Assembly (NCBI GenBank): GCA_963796835.1 | Contig: CAWCND010000015.1 | Coordinates: 101,386 to 165,385 of the forward strand | DNA: 64,000 bases | Source: Candidatus Aminicenantes bacterium | GTDB taxonomy: Bacteria > Acidobacteriota > Aminicenantia > Aminicenantales > Saccharicenantaceae | Direction of reading: 5' to 3' | Notes under the pieces: generated by a model | What the model saw: the letters and a program-made list of their open reading frames with translations, nothing else | Told to the model about the DNA's origin: nothing | The model's database searches: none | Program-made: the position numbers and the translations under genes | In this document: positions 1-9,680 of the stretch, piece after piece | How positions within the stretch are numbered: the stretch's first letter is position 1 | Layout: every line of letters begins with the position of its first letter

Positions 1-2919
1 GCTGGCGGCGTTCTCATCGAGGAGGCTGTGGGTAGCGAAATGGAGGATCTTGAAGCCGGCGAGGTCCAATGCCTTTAACCGCTCTTCGGTCGCCTCGCCG
101 CGGGATAGGATCGTCCGGAAATTCCTGGCGACGAGTCTCGAAATGGACTCCATTTCCTGCGACGCGAAATCCAGCGGCTGAAGGACGAAACGCCGGCCTC
201 GGTAATATTCAAGCAGAACATCCCTCCCGGACTTCTCCCCGCCTCTCGATTCATCGAAGCCGCTCATGATCGGGTCGCCGACCGACAGCAGGTCCATCCT
301 CGCCTCCGGCCGTTCACCCCGCTCGAGAATGCTGACCAGCGTCGAGGCAGAGGGCGCGTAGGATATCCGGTAATCCTCCAAGAGAAAATGGGTCCCGGCC
401 GAACCCATTTTTTCGCCCTCGTCGGGAACCAGAGTTTCGAAAGGCAGGTAATTAAGCGTCCTATCCGGGATGATGATCAGGTTTTTCAGCCCCGCGCGCC
501 AGTCCTTCGTGACGGCGCCGAGGAGGGCTTTATACAGCCTCCGTCCCGCCGGCGCGGCGTCCGAACATGTGATTTCCTTCGAGGATACGAGCTGGATATA
601 GTTTTTCGCCAGCTGCAGGGTGTTCCGGCTTTCCGGCACGGTCAAGCGATGGACGGAAAAGCCGTCGGCGGTGACAACGAATGTGTAAAGATAGTCCCCG
701 GCGAGAAAGTACTCGATGAGGCCGGTCTCGTTGTCCAACAGTCTCCCGCGGATTTCAGATAGCCGCCGGGGCTCTCGGTAGGCCGCGGTCGCGTAAACAG
801 AGTTCTTTGCTTTGGCGGTCTCGATGAATGCCTGGAAATCGTCTTCTGCCTTATCGAGTTTATCGCGCAGATCCGCCTGCGCCTCCAGACCGGGCAACAC
901 GTTGCTGAGCTCGGCAGAAAGGCGCGAAATCCTCAGGGAAATAATTTTCAGCTCTTCGGTTTCCTCTTGGGACAGGGCGCCGAAGTCGATCCTGGCCTTC
1001 TGCAGGTCATCCAAGAAAGAGCGGGCCTTAGCCTTTTCGGCATAATAGAGGCATTCCTCAAGGGTCGTGGCCGAAGGTTCGCCTTCCTGCCTTTCAAAGA
1101 GCAGATTGATAAGAGCCTCATAGATGGGAACCTTGCTCTCGAAAAAGCCGGCGCTGTATTCTCTTAAGAGGAGTTGAACCCTTAGGTCTTCGATGATGCC
1201 GATGGCCTTTTTATAATTCACGATGGCTGGCTCTAACTGTTTTTGAGCTGCCAGAAGAGCCCCTAGGCCGGCATAAGTCTCCCAAATGACGTTGAGCTGG
1301 CCGATCTCGCCGCCGATGGCCTGCGCCCGGTCATAGGCTCGCCTGGATTCTTCCCACTCTCCCTGCTGTCGATAGAGATCGCCGAGGCGGTTGTAATTGT
1401 GCACTTGGATTATCTTTTTCCCGGTCCTGTTGGCCTCGGCCAAGCTTTGTGTGAAGAATTCGGAAGCGCTCCGGAGATCGCCGAGTCTGAGACAAGCGAA
1501 ACCGATGTTATAGAGACAGCTGGCTTCCTCGCGCCTGTGGCCAATATGCTCGATGTAATCGTAGGCCGCCTTGAAATACTCCAGGGCCTTCGCAAAGTCG
1601 TGGAGTTCGGCATAAACAAACCCGATCGTGTTCAGGCACTCCTCTCGGCTCCACTTTCCGACGTATCGTTCGGCGACGCCGAGAGCTTCTTCATTATATT
1701 CCAGGGCCCGTTCATAGTTGCCAAACGAGAGATGGATGTCACCGAGCGCCGTCAGGTTGAAGGCCTCGCTGGTCTTGAAGCCGATTCGCCGGCTTATGCC
1801 CAGGGCCTCCATGGCATCCGCCATGGCCCGGGAATAATCCCCTTTGTCCTTGTGGACGATCGTCAGCCAATATAGGCATACAGCCTGGCTCCTTAGGATA
1901 TCCTTTCTCCGATAGTACTCCAAGGCCAGTGTCAAGAGCTTATCGGCCATAGCGAGATTTCCCCGCTCGAGATTGATCACACCCATCGTGCGAAGGCAGA
2001 GGATTTCGAGCTTTCGGCACGCTGTCTCTCGGGAAAGCGCCAAGGCTTGACGGCAGAGATCATATCCTCTTTGATCGTTCCCGAGGTCTATCCAGACAAA
2101 AGCACAGGTCTCCCGGCATTCGCTTTCAAGAATCTTGTCGCCCGCTTCTACGGCCAGCCGGAGACCCGCCTCGGCCTTTTCGAGGGCGCCGGGATAATCA
2201 TTGGAATATGTATGGACATCGCTGAGATTGACTAGACATTTTCCCTCGGCCCGCTTGTCCCTCCTGTCATGGAATATCGTGCGCGCCTTTTCTAAGGCCG
2301 CTAGAGCTTCGCTGTATTCGGACGAATAAAAGTGGCACAGACCGATAGCTTCTAATAGGAACGGGTTGGAGGGGAATAGCTTGAGAGTGGCCCGTAGAAA
2401 GTCGGTCGTCTCATTGATGTCCGCCTTCGACTCATAGCAATTGGCGAGCTCTTCGCAGGCTTGCCAGAAGGTGCCGAGGAGGATGCTGTCTCTCAGGTGC
2501 TGACGCGCCAACGTGAAATCCCTCTGCATTTTATACAACAGTCCCAGGCCATATTGATGGAAGGCGTTCCCCGGATGATCGCTGGCCAGCCGTGTCAGGC
2601 GCCGTGTTGCGTCGAGCGTCGCCGCCGACCTGGCCGGCTCCGCCTCCTGTTCAAGCGCCTGGCAGAGCCAGGAATATGCAGATACTTCGGAGGCGCTTCG
2701 CTCGATGATTTCCAGGCACGCCGAAACCGTTCCAGCGTAGCTCCCGGCCATAAGTTCGGCCGGAATCTGGTCCGGCCCCTGTCCGGCCGCTGTGTCCAGC
2801 TGACCTGATTTCGGCACCGGCGTCCCTTGATAGGCGGAATCGGTCGAGCACGGGGCGGGAAACGGTGCCAAGGAGCCAGCCAGAAACAACAGCCCGGCGA
2901 GGACAGGTCTTATCTTCAT
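1..2919 (-). CDS. Secreted TPR-repeat + CHAT (caspase-like) domain protein, 3'-partial (runs off the left edge; absent from the ORF track)
   Basis: Manual translation from ATG 2919 (MKIRPVLAGLLFLAGSLAPF, signal-like) stays open to position 1. It has many TPR-like helices (e.g. LNTIGFVYAELHDFAKALEYF), AEKAKARSFLD, LIIIPDRTLNYLPFETL, YAPSASTL and ATEERLKALDLAGFKILHFATHS, which are typical CHAT motifs. Confidence 0.88.
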   Translation of the reverse strand, partial: MKIRPVLAGLLFLAGSLAPFPAPCSTDSAYQGTPVPKSGQLDTAAGQGPDQIPAELMAGSYAGTVSACLEIIERSASEVSAYSWLCQALEQEAEPARSAATLDATRRLTRLASDHPGNAFHQYGLGLLYKMQRDFTLARQHLRDSILLGTFWQACEELANCYESKADINETTDFLRATLKLFPSNPFLLEAIGLCHFYSSEYSEALAALEKARTIFHDRRDKRAEGKCLVNLSDVHTYSNDYPGALEKAEAGLRLAVEAGDKILESECRETCAFVWIDLGNDQRGYDLCRQALALSRETACRKLEILCLRTMGVINLERGNLAMADKLLTLALEYYRRKDILRSQAVCLYWLTIVHKDKGDYSRAMADAMEALGISRRIGFKTSEAFNLTALGDIHLSFGNYERALEYNEEALGVAERYVGKWSREECLNTIGFVYAELHDFAKALEYFKAAYDYIEHIGHRREEASCLYNIGFACLRLGDLRSASEFFTQSLAEANRTGKKIIQVHNYNRLGDLYRQQGEWEESRRAYDRAQAIGGEIGQLNVIWETYAGLGALLAAQKQLEPAIVNYKKAIGIIEDLRVQLLLREYSAGFFESKVPIYEALINLLFERQEGEPSATTLEECLYYAEKAKARSFLDDLQKARIDFGALSQEETEELKIISLRISRLSAELSNVLPGLEAQADLRDKLDKAEDDFQAFIETAKAKNSVYATAAYREPRRLSEIRGRLLDNETGLIEYFLAGDYLYTFVVTADGFSVHRLTVPESRNTLQLAKNYIQLVSSKEITCSDAAPAGRRLYKALLGAVTKDWRAGLKNLIIIPDRTLNYLPFETLVPDEGEKMGSAGTHFLLEDYRISYAPSASTLVSILERGERPEARMDLLSVGDPIMSGFDESRGGEKSGRDVLLEYYRGRRFVLQPLDFASQEMESISRLVARNFRTILSRGEATEERLKALDLAGFKILHFATHSLLDENAAS

Positions 2920-3095
2920 TATTAGACCCGGCGACTTTAAGAACGCATTGTAGATGAGTCAGACCGCAAAAGTAAAGGACGCGCTAAATCAGAAACCTAA
3001 GCGCCGCGCTGCCCTTGAATTGTCACGATCCGAGATAGGAAATATTCAAGTGCCCCTGGCCTGATTCCAACAGGCAAAACTTTGCCACGGTTTCT

Positions 3096-4958
3096 TCATT
3101 TTATTAAATATTCTTTCTCGTTGGCCCAGGTCGTGAATATCTTTTGTTCCTCGGGCGAAGCCTCCTTCCGGACGCTGACCGTGTAAGTCACCTTCTCATC
3201 CTGGCCAATCCGGACGGGGACGCGGAGCAGCCGATCGCCGCGGAACAAAACGAAATCGATCGTATCGCCAACTTTCATCTCTTTCAAGCGGTCGTTGAAC
3301 AGAGACGGGTCGATTTTTTCTCCGTTCCACGCCAGCAGCACATCGTTGATATTGAGGCCGGCTTCCCACGCAGGAGTGCTTGTCATGACGGTGCTGACGG
3401 TCATCAGATTATCTGCCGTTCGAAAAGTGAACCCGAGATAGGGCGTAGGCTTGTCCCGTTTTTCTTCGAGGCTGAGGCCAGCCCGATTCAGGTACTGATT
3501 CCAGGGAATCTCATCGACGCCTCGAACATAACGGTCGAAGAAATCTTTAAAGCTCGGGTCGGCCGCCCCGCCTTGGCGAGCGATGAGCTCAACGGCCGAT
3601 TCAAACCCGGTTCTGTCTTCAAACCCGGGCTTGGGCAACGCGTACGTTTGATAAAGATACTGAAAAACATTGTCGAGGCTCCGACGATTATGGGTTCTCG
3701 CGCGCAGCTCCAGATCTATTAACCAACCTAGCAATTCGCCCTTGTTGTAGTAATCGATAGTGGTATTGGGGGTGTTGTCGCTACGATTCCAAGTTTCCCA
3801 GCTAGACATCTCGGCGCTCATCAAGTGGCGCCCGGGACTGCTCTGGAGGGTGGAGATTTGCGACGCCAAATAATCCAGGTAATCCTTGCGCGACCATAGT
3901 CCCGAGCGTTTCAATAGCAGCGCCCCATAGTAGCTCGTCATGCCTTCGGACACGTACAGGTCGCGCGTGTTCTGTTCCTTGGTGTAATCGAAGGGTCCCA
4001 GGATCTGCGGCCGAATCCGCTTGACGTTCCATACATGGAAGAATTCATGAGCGCAAACGAATAGGAAACTTCGATACTCCGCGGGATTTGTGAACAGGTA
4101 TTTGGCGGCGCTGATAGAAGTGGAATTCAAGTGTTCCAGCCCTCCGCTCCCGTGGGCACCGGGAAGGAGGTGAAAGAAAAATGTGTAGTCGGAGTATGGC
4201 GGCCCACCGAAGAGACCTACCTCCGTCGTGACGATCTGTTTAAGATCCGCAATCAGTTTCTCCGAATCGTAATTGCCGTCGCCATGGATGACGATATGAT
4301 AAGGCGTGTGATCTGCTTCAAATGTGAACTCTTTGCATTCGGGACTCACTTCAAAGGGCGCGTCGACAAACGTGTCGTAGTTCTCGGCGGCAAGAGTATT
4401 CGGTTGGCCCGCCTTTTTCAGGGGAGAATAAGTCTTCCATCCAGGGGGTGCCTCGATCGTCAGGCGAACTGCTCCTTCCAGCGGATATGGGCTCTTGCCG
4501 ACCACGTACATGAAGAGGTTCGGGCCGGTTACGGAAGCGTGGGATGTATTGAGTTGGGTCATACTGAACCCCATTCCCCTAGGCGACGCTGATGGGCCGG
4601 CATAGTACTTATACTTCACAACGACCGTGGAATCGCCGCCCTGTGTAATTCTCCAGGTTTGCTTATTTGTTTTTTCAAAGGGCAATGACTTGCCTGTTCC
4701 ATCGGTGGCAGAAAACTCCTGGACGTTTCGTTCATAATTTCCGATCCCGTACGAGCCGGGTGACCAGGCCGGCATCGCCACATCGACGCGCGGTGTTTTG
4801 AGGCCTTCGACGCGCAGGGTCACTTCGAATAGATGGCTCGATGGTTTGGGCATGGCCAGCACGTATGACACTGTAGGTGCCGAGAGGGCAGCCGACACAA
4901 CAATGAGAATCAGGCAGACTCCCAATACCAAGAATTGGAAAGAACGGCTCTTGATCAT
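3096..4958 (-). CDS. M61 family glycyl aminopeptidase-like metallopeptidase with C-terminal PDZ domain
   Basis: Signal peptide; MPAWSPGSY; GGLEH; HEFFH zincin motif; EGMTSYY; YYNKG; C-terminal TPAWEAGLNINDVLLAWNG (PDZ). Confidence 0.93.
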   Translation of the reverse strand: MIKSRSFQFLVLGVCLILIVVSAALSAPTVSYVLAMPKPSSHLFEVTLRVEGLKTPRVDVAMPAWSPGSYGIGNYERNVQEFSATDGTGKSLPFEKTNKQTWRITQGGDSTVVVKYKYYAGPSASPRGMGFSMTQLNTSHASVTGPNLFMYVVGKSPYPLEGAVRLTIEAPPGWKTYSPLKKAGQPNTLAAENYDTFVDAPFEVSPECKEFTFEADHTPYHIVIHGDGNYDSEKLIADLKQIVTTEVGLFGGPPYSDYTFFFHLLPGAHGSGGLEHLNSTSISAAKYLFTNPAEYRSFLFVCAHEFFHVWNVKRIRPQILGPFDYTKEQNTRDLYVSEGMTSYYGALLLKRSGLWSRKDYLDYLASQISTLQSSPGRHLMSAEMSSWETWNRSDNTPNTTIDYYNKGELLGWLIDLELRARTHNRRSLDNVFQYLYQTYALPKPGFEDRTGFESAVELIARQGGAADPSFKDFFDRYVRGVDEIPWNQYLNRAGLSLEEKRDKPTPYLGFTFRTADNLMTVSTVMTSTPAWEAGLNINDVLLAWNGEKIDPSLFNDRLKEMKVGDTIDFVLFRGDRLLRVPVRIGQDEKVTYTVSVRKEASPEEQKIFTTWANEKEYLIK

Positions 4959-5187
4959 GCGCTTCCTCCTTGCAAAAATTAAACCCCCGTTTCACGTTTA
5001 GGGGCCGGGGGTGAGCTCTAACAGCTTTTTTCCATTGATCTTGAAAGATCGTAAATCATGACAAAATCCTCTGTCAAGCTCAAAAGAGATAAAGCAAGAT
5101 ATAGTCAGCAATGGTAGAATCCGGATTGTAGCACGAAATAACCGTGGTTTTCCGTGGCTTATCTTAGGCAGGGCAAACCACTCCGCC

Positions 5188-5206
5188 GTGTCACACCGGT
5201 GTCACA
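5188..5206. repeat. Tandem direct repeat GTGTCACA x2 (5188-5195, 5199-5206); putative integrase arm-type sites
   Basis: The repeats are visible about 110 bp from the truncated tRNA. CCGTGG x2 also occurs at about 5142-5158. The function is inferred. Confidence 0.45.
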
Positions 5207-5312
5207 AAAATTGCTTAAATCTGCCTAATTCTGATTAACGGTGCTTAAACGAAAAAACGTGATTTTCCCCATATGGAAGCGATTTCCAGGGGAATCCCGA
5301 TAAGTCTCTGCT

Positions 5313-5354
5313 TGGATTCGAAGTCCACCGCTCTATCCACTGAGCTACGGGCGC
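5313..5354 (-). tRNA. 5' half only of tRNA-Arg(UCG) (acceptor 5' strand, D-arm, anticodon arm); probable att junction
   Basis: The minus strand reads GCGCCCG TA GCTC AGTGGATA GAGC G GTGGA CTTCGAA TCCA, then diverges (AGCAGAGACTT...). There is no T-arm and no 3' acceptor strand CGGGCGC. Confidence 0.85.
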
Positions 5355-5399
5355 GCTATGAACTGTGCTATGCCTTCGCCGGGTAGCCCGCTCGGATGA

Positions 5400-8300
5400 T
5401 CACGATCCCGGCTGTCCAACCGCTGAAGATGCCGCCCCAGCTGCCCCTCCCCTCTTCTTCCCCCTTCGTTTCTGGAGGTTGTCGAAGGCGATGTAGATGA
5501 CCGGCGTCACATAGAGCGTGACCAACTGCGAGAACAGCAGCCCGCCGACAACGGCGAGGCCCAGCGGGCGCCTTGATTCGGCCCCGGCCCCGAAACCGAT
5601 CGCGATGGGCAGCGTCCCGAGGAGGGCGGCCATCGTGGTCATCATGATCGGCCGGAACCGGATGAGGCAGGCCTCGAAAATGGCGTCCTCGGCCTTCTTG
5701 CCCTCTCCGCGTTCAGCGGCCAGCGCGAAATCGACCATCATGATGCCGTTCTTCTTGACCAGCCCGACCAGCATGATGACACCGACAAAGGCGTAGATGC
5801 TGAGCTCGGTCCGGAAGATGAAGAGCGTCACAAAGGCCCCGAACCCGGCGAAGGGCAGGGCCGAGAGGATCGTCAACGGGATGGATGAAGCTCTCATAGA
5901 GGATGCCCAGGATCATGTAGATGACGACGATCGTCATCAGGAGCAGGAAGCCGAGGCCGCTCATGGACGACTGGAAAGCCTGAGCCGACCCCTGGAAATT
6001 CGTGCTGACCGAAGCCGGCAGGGCTTGTCGGCTCATGCGCGTGATCTCGGTCACGGCGGCGCCGAGCGAAACCCCCGGCTTGAGGTTGAAAGAGACCGTG
6101 ACCGAGGGGAGTTGACCCGGTGGTTGACGGACAGCGGGCCGACCGTCGGGAGCAGCCGGGCCACGGAATCCAGGGGCACGAGCTTTCCCGTCGCCGAACT
6201 GATGTAGAGCTTGGAGAGCTGGGCGGGGTCGTTCTGGTAGCTGGGGTTCGAGCTCCAGGATGACCTAATACTGGTTGTTGGACGGAGTAGATCGTCGAGA
6301 TCTGGCGCTGGCCGTAGCTGTAGTATAGGGCGTCTTCGATCTGGAAGGGCGTGACGCCGAGGGCCAAGGCCTTGTCGCGGTTGATCTCGACCGTGACCTC
6401 GGGGTTCTTGAGCTGCATATCGGTCGTCACGTCCTGGACAAGCGGCAGGGTGTGCATCCGGGATTCAAATTGCGACGCGTTGCTGTAGAGGGTCGTCGAT
6501 GTCGGGGCTCTGCAGGGTGAACTGGTAGAGGCTCTTCGTGAAACGCCCGCCGACCTGATGGGCGGCGGATTCTGGAGGAAGACGTTGATGCCCGTGACCC
6601 CGAAGAGCTTGGGCCGGAGTCTCTCGATGACGGCATCCACGCTGAGCTTCCGCTCGGTCCGCGGCTTGAGGCAGGACGAACATCCGGCCCGAGTTGCTGG
6701 CGCTGATCCCGCCGAGGCTGGAGACGAAAGCGGCCACGTCCGGGTGTCCTGGACGATGCTCGGCCACGGCGTCTGGTGCCGATCATGGCACTCGAAGGAG
6801 ATGCCCTGGGCCGCCTCGGTGATGACGTTGAAGGCCCGGTGTCCTCGCTGGGGATGAAGCCTTTGGGCATCTGCATGAACAAGAACGACCGTGGCAGAAA
6901 CAGGATGACGCGCGGAGAAGACCACAGAGGCGGCCGGTGCCCTCAGCGCCCAGCCAGGGTGACCTTGTAGAAGTCGAGCGACGGCCTCGAAGCCTTGCTC
7001 GAGGCGTTATAGAGAGCGGCCGTGCGGACCTCGGCCGGGGCCTGAGGACGCGGCTGCTCAGGAGCGGGGTCAGGGTCAGGGAGACGAAGCCGGAAAAGAG
7101 GACGGCCGCGGCGATGGTGACGGCGAACTCGTGGAAAAGCCGCCCGAGGATCCCGCCCATGAACAGGATGGGAATGAAGACCGCGGCCAGGACTGAGGGT
7201 CATGGACACGATCGTGAAGCCGATCTCCTTCGAGCCGTTGAGGGTGGCCTCCCGGACGTCCTCGCCCAGTTCCTGGTGGCGGAAGATGTTCTCCAGCATG
7301 ACGATGGCGTCGTCGACCAGGAAGCCGATGGACAGGGTCAGGGCCATCAGCGAGAGGTTGTTCAGGCTGTAGCCGAGAAGCGACATGACGGCGAACGTGC
7401 CCATGATCGAGAACGGCAGGGCCAGGCTGGGGATGATCGTCGCCCGAGAGGTTCCGCAGGAAGAAGAAGATGACGAGGATGACCAGAATCGACGGCCATG
7501 ATGAGGGTGAACTCGACGTCGTTGACCGAATCGCGGATGGACTCGGAACGGTCGTAGAGGATCTGGAAGTCGACCGAGGCCGGGAGCTGCTGGAACGGAA
7601 GATGGGCAGGAGTTTCTTGACGGCGAGGCCACCTGGACGGTGTTCGTCCCGGGCTGGCGCTGGATCGGCCAGCATGACGGCCCGCTGTCCGTCCGGCCTT
7701 TATTGAAATACCAGGCCGCGACCTTGTCGTTCTGGACGCTGTCGAGGACGCGGCCGACGTCCTTCAGCCGGACGGGCGAGCCGTTGCGGTAGGTCACGAT
7801 GAGCTCGCGGTAGGCGGCGGCGTTGAAGAGCTGGCCGTTCGACTGCACGGTGAAGGCCTGCTCGGGCCCGTAGAGGATCGCCGGTCGGGCAGGTTGGCGT
7901 TCCCGCCGATGGATGGCCTGGCCGACCTGGTCGAGCCCGATCTCTGCGCGAAGCCAGGGCGTCGGGGTCGAGCTGGACGCGGACGGCGTAGATCTGCGAG
8001 CCGTAGACCATGACCTGGGCCACGCCGTCGACCATGGAAATGCGCTGGGCCATCATGGTCTCGGCGTAGTCGTCGAGCGTCGAGAGGGGCAGGGTCGGCG
8101 AAGTGAGGACGATGAAGAGGATCGGCGTGCAGGGCCGGGTTGACCTTCTGGTAGGACGGCGGGGCGGGCATCTGCACGGGGAAGCTGGCGCTGGGCGCGG
8201 GAGATGGCCGACTGGACGTCCTGGGCGGCGGCGTCGAGGTTCCGGCTCAGGGAGAACTGGAGGGTGATCTGGCGTGATCCCCAGGATGTTCGTCGAGGTC

Positions 8301-8539
8301 ATCGAATCCAGGCCGTCGATCGTCGAGAACTGCTTCTCCAGCGGCGTGGCCACCGAGCGGCCATGGTCTCGGGGCTGGCGCCGGGCAGACCGGCGGAGAC
8401 CAGGATGGTCGGGAAATCGACGTTCGGGAGGTCGTTGACCGGAAGGAGGCGGAAGGCCATGACGCCGAAGATGAGGATGGCCGACATGAGCAGCGTCGTC
8501 ATGACCGGGCGGCGGATGAAAAGGTCGCGAGATATTCAT
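5400..8539 (-). CDS. RND efflux permease, MdtB/MdtC (AcrB) family; several frameshifts, likely sequencing indels
   Basis: Fragments in different frames: [110 protein letters not shown]. Confidence 0.92.
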
Positions 8540-8551
8540 GGCGCCTTCCTC

Positions 8552-9680
8552 TTACCGGCCGTTCTTGATCTCGACGCGCGCGCCGGGAGCGAGCCGGAGC
8601 TGGCCGTCCGTGACGACGCGTCTCCCCGGGTTTCAGGCCTGCGGCGATCACGGATTCCTCGCCGTAGGCCCGGCCGACCTTGACCGGCCGCAATTCGACG
8701 GTCAGGTCGTCCTTGACGACGTAGACGTATTGGCCCTCCTGCCCCGTCTGGACGGCCTGGGACGGGGCGACGACGACCCCCTTCTCCGTGGTCAGCGTCA
8801 GGCGGACGTTCAGGAACTGGCCGGGCCAGAGGGCCCCGTCCCGGTTGTCCAAGGTCGCCTTGAGCATGATCGTTCCTGTGGTCTGGTCGATCGCGTTGTC
8901 GATGAAGGTCAGGACTCCCGTGACGGACGGCTGTCCGTTCGCGGTCGGGATGGCCTCCGTCTTCAGCGGCTCCTTGGCCATGAACTCCTTGATCAGGGGC
9001 AGGTTCTGTTCGGGGACCGCGAACGAGACGTAAATGGGCGTCGTCTGGTAGATCACGACGGCCGGGCCCGCATCGTTGGCCTTGATGATGTTGCCCGGAT
9101 TGATCATGAGGCTCCCGGTCCGGCCGTCGATCGGCGACCGGACGTTCGCGTACTCGAGTTGCAAGCGGGCGTTGGCGACGCTGGCTTCGTCGGCCTTGAC
9201 CGCGGCGATGAGAACGTCCCCGTTGGCCACGAGGGCATCGTACTGCTCCTTGGTCACGTAATCTTTCTGGACGAGGCCGACGTAGCGGGCGACATCGGCC
9301 TGGGAGTTCTTGAGCATGGCCCGGTCCTTCTCGAGAAGGGATTCAGCCTGCCTCAGGGCGATCTCAAAAGGCCGCGGGTCGATGGCGAACAAACGGTCCC
9401 CTTTCCTGACGGCCTGGCCCTCCTTGAAATAGACGCCCGTGACCTCTCCCCCGACCAGAGCCTTCACCGAGACCGTCGATATGGCCTCGACCCGGCCGAC
9501 GGAGGCGATCTCGAGCGGCACGTCTTTTTGAACGACCGGGGCCACGGATACGGGACTTCCGGGGATGGCCCTTCCGGACCCTTTATTCCCCGAGGACGAG
9601 CAGGCCCCGGCCCAGAGGACCGCCGCGACCGCCGCCGCTGAAGATGTCAGTCTGATGAACTTGAAAAGGGAAGCATTCAT
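8552..9680 (-). CDS. RND membrane fusion protein (MdtA-like); one frameshift near 8625
   Basis: GQAVRKGDRLFAIDPRP, SPIDGRTG, IDNAIDQTTGTI, LWPGQF; the corrected C-terminus QLRLAPGARVEIKNGR ends with TAA at 8552. Confidence 0.92.

Noticed and set aside
69-2851. Track ORFs on the + strand (and short - ORFs) in 69-2851
   Set aside because: They are shadows of the single long minus-strand TPR-CHAT frame.
5168-5200. AGGGCAAACCA resembling a c-di-GMP-I (GEMM) riboswitch
   Set aside because: It lacks the GAAA tetraloop stem and the GGGACGCAAAGCC half, and there is no downstream gene on that strand.
5200-5354. Group I intron-interrupted tRNA
   Set aside because: The break is after the anticodon stem rather than in the loop, no 3' exon was found nearby, and no intron core is visible.
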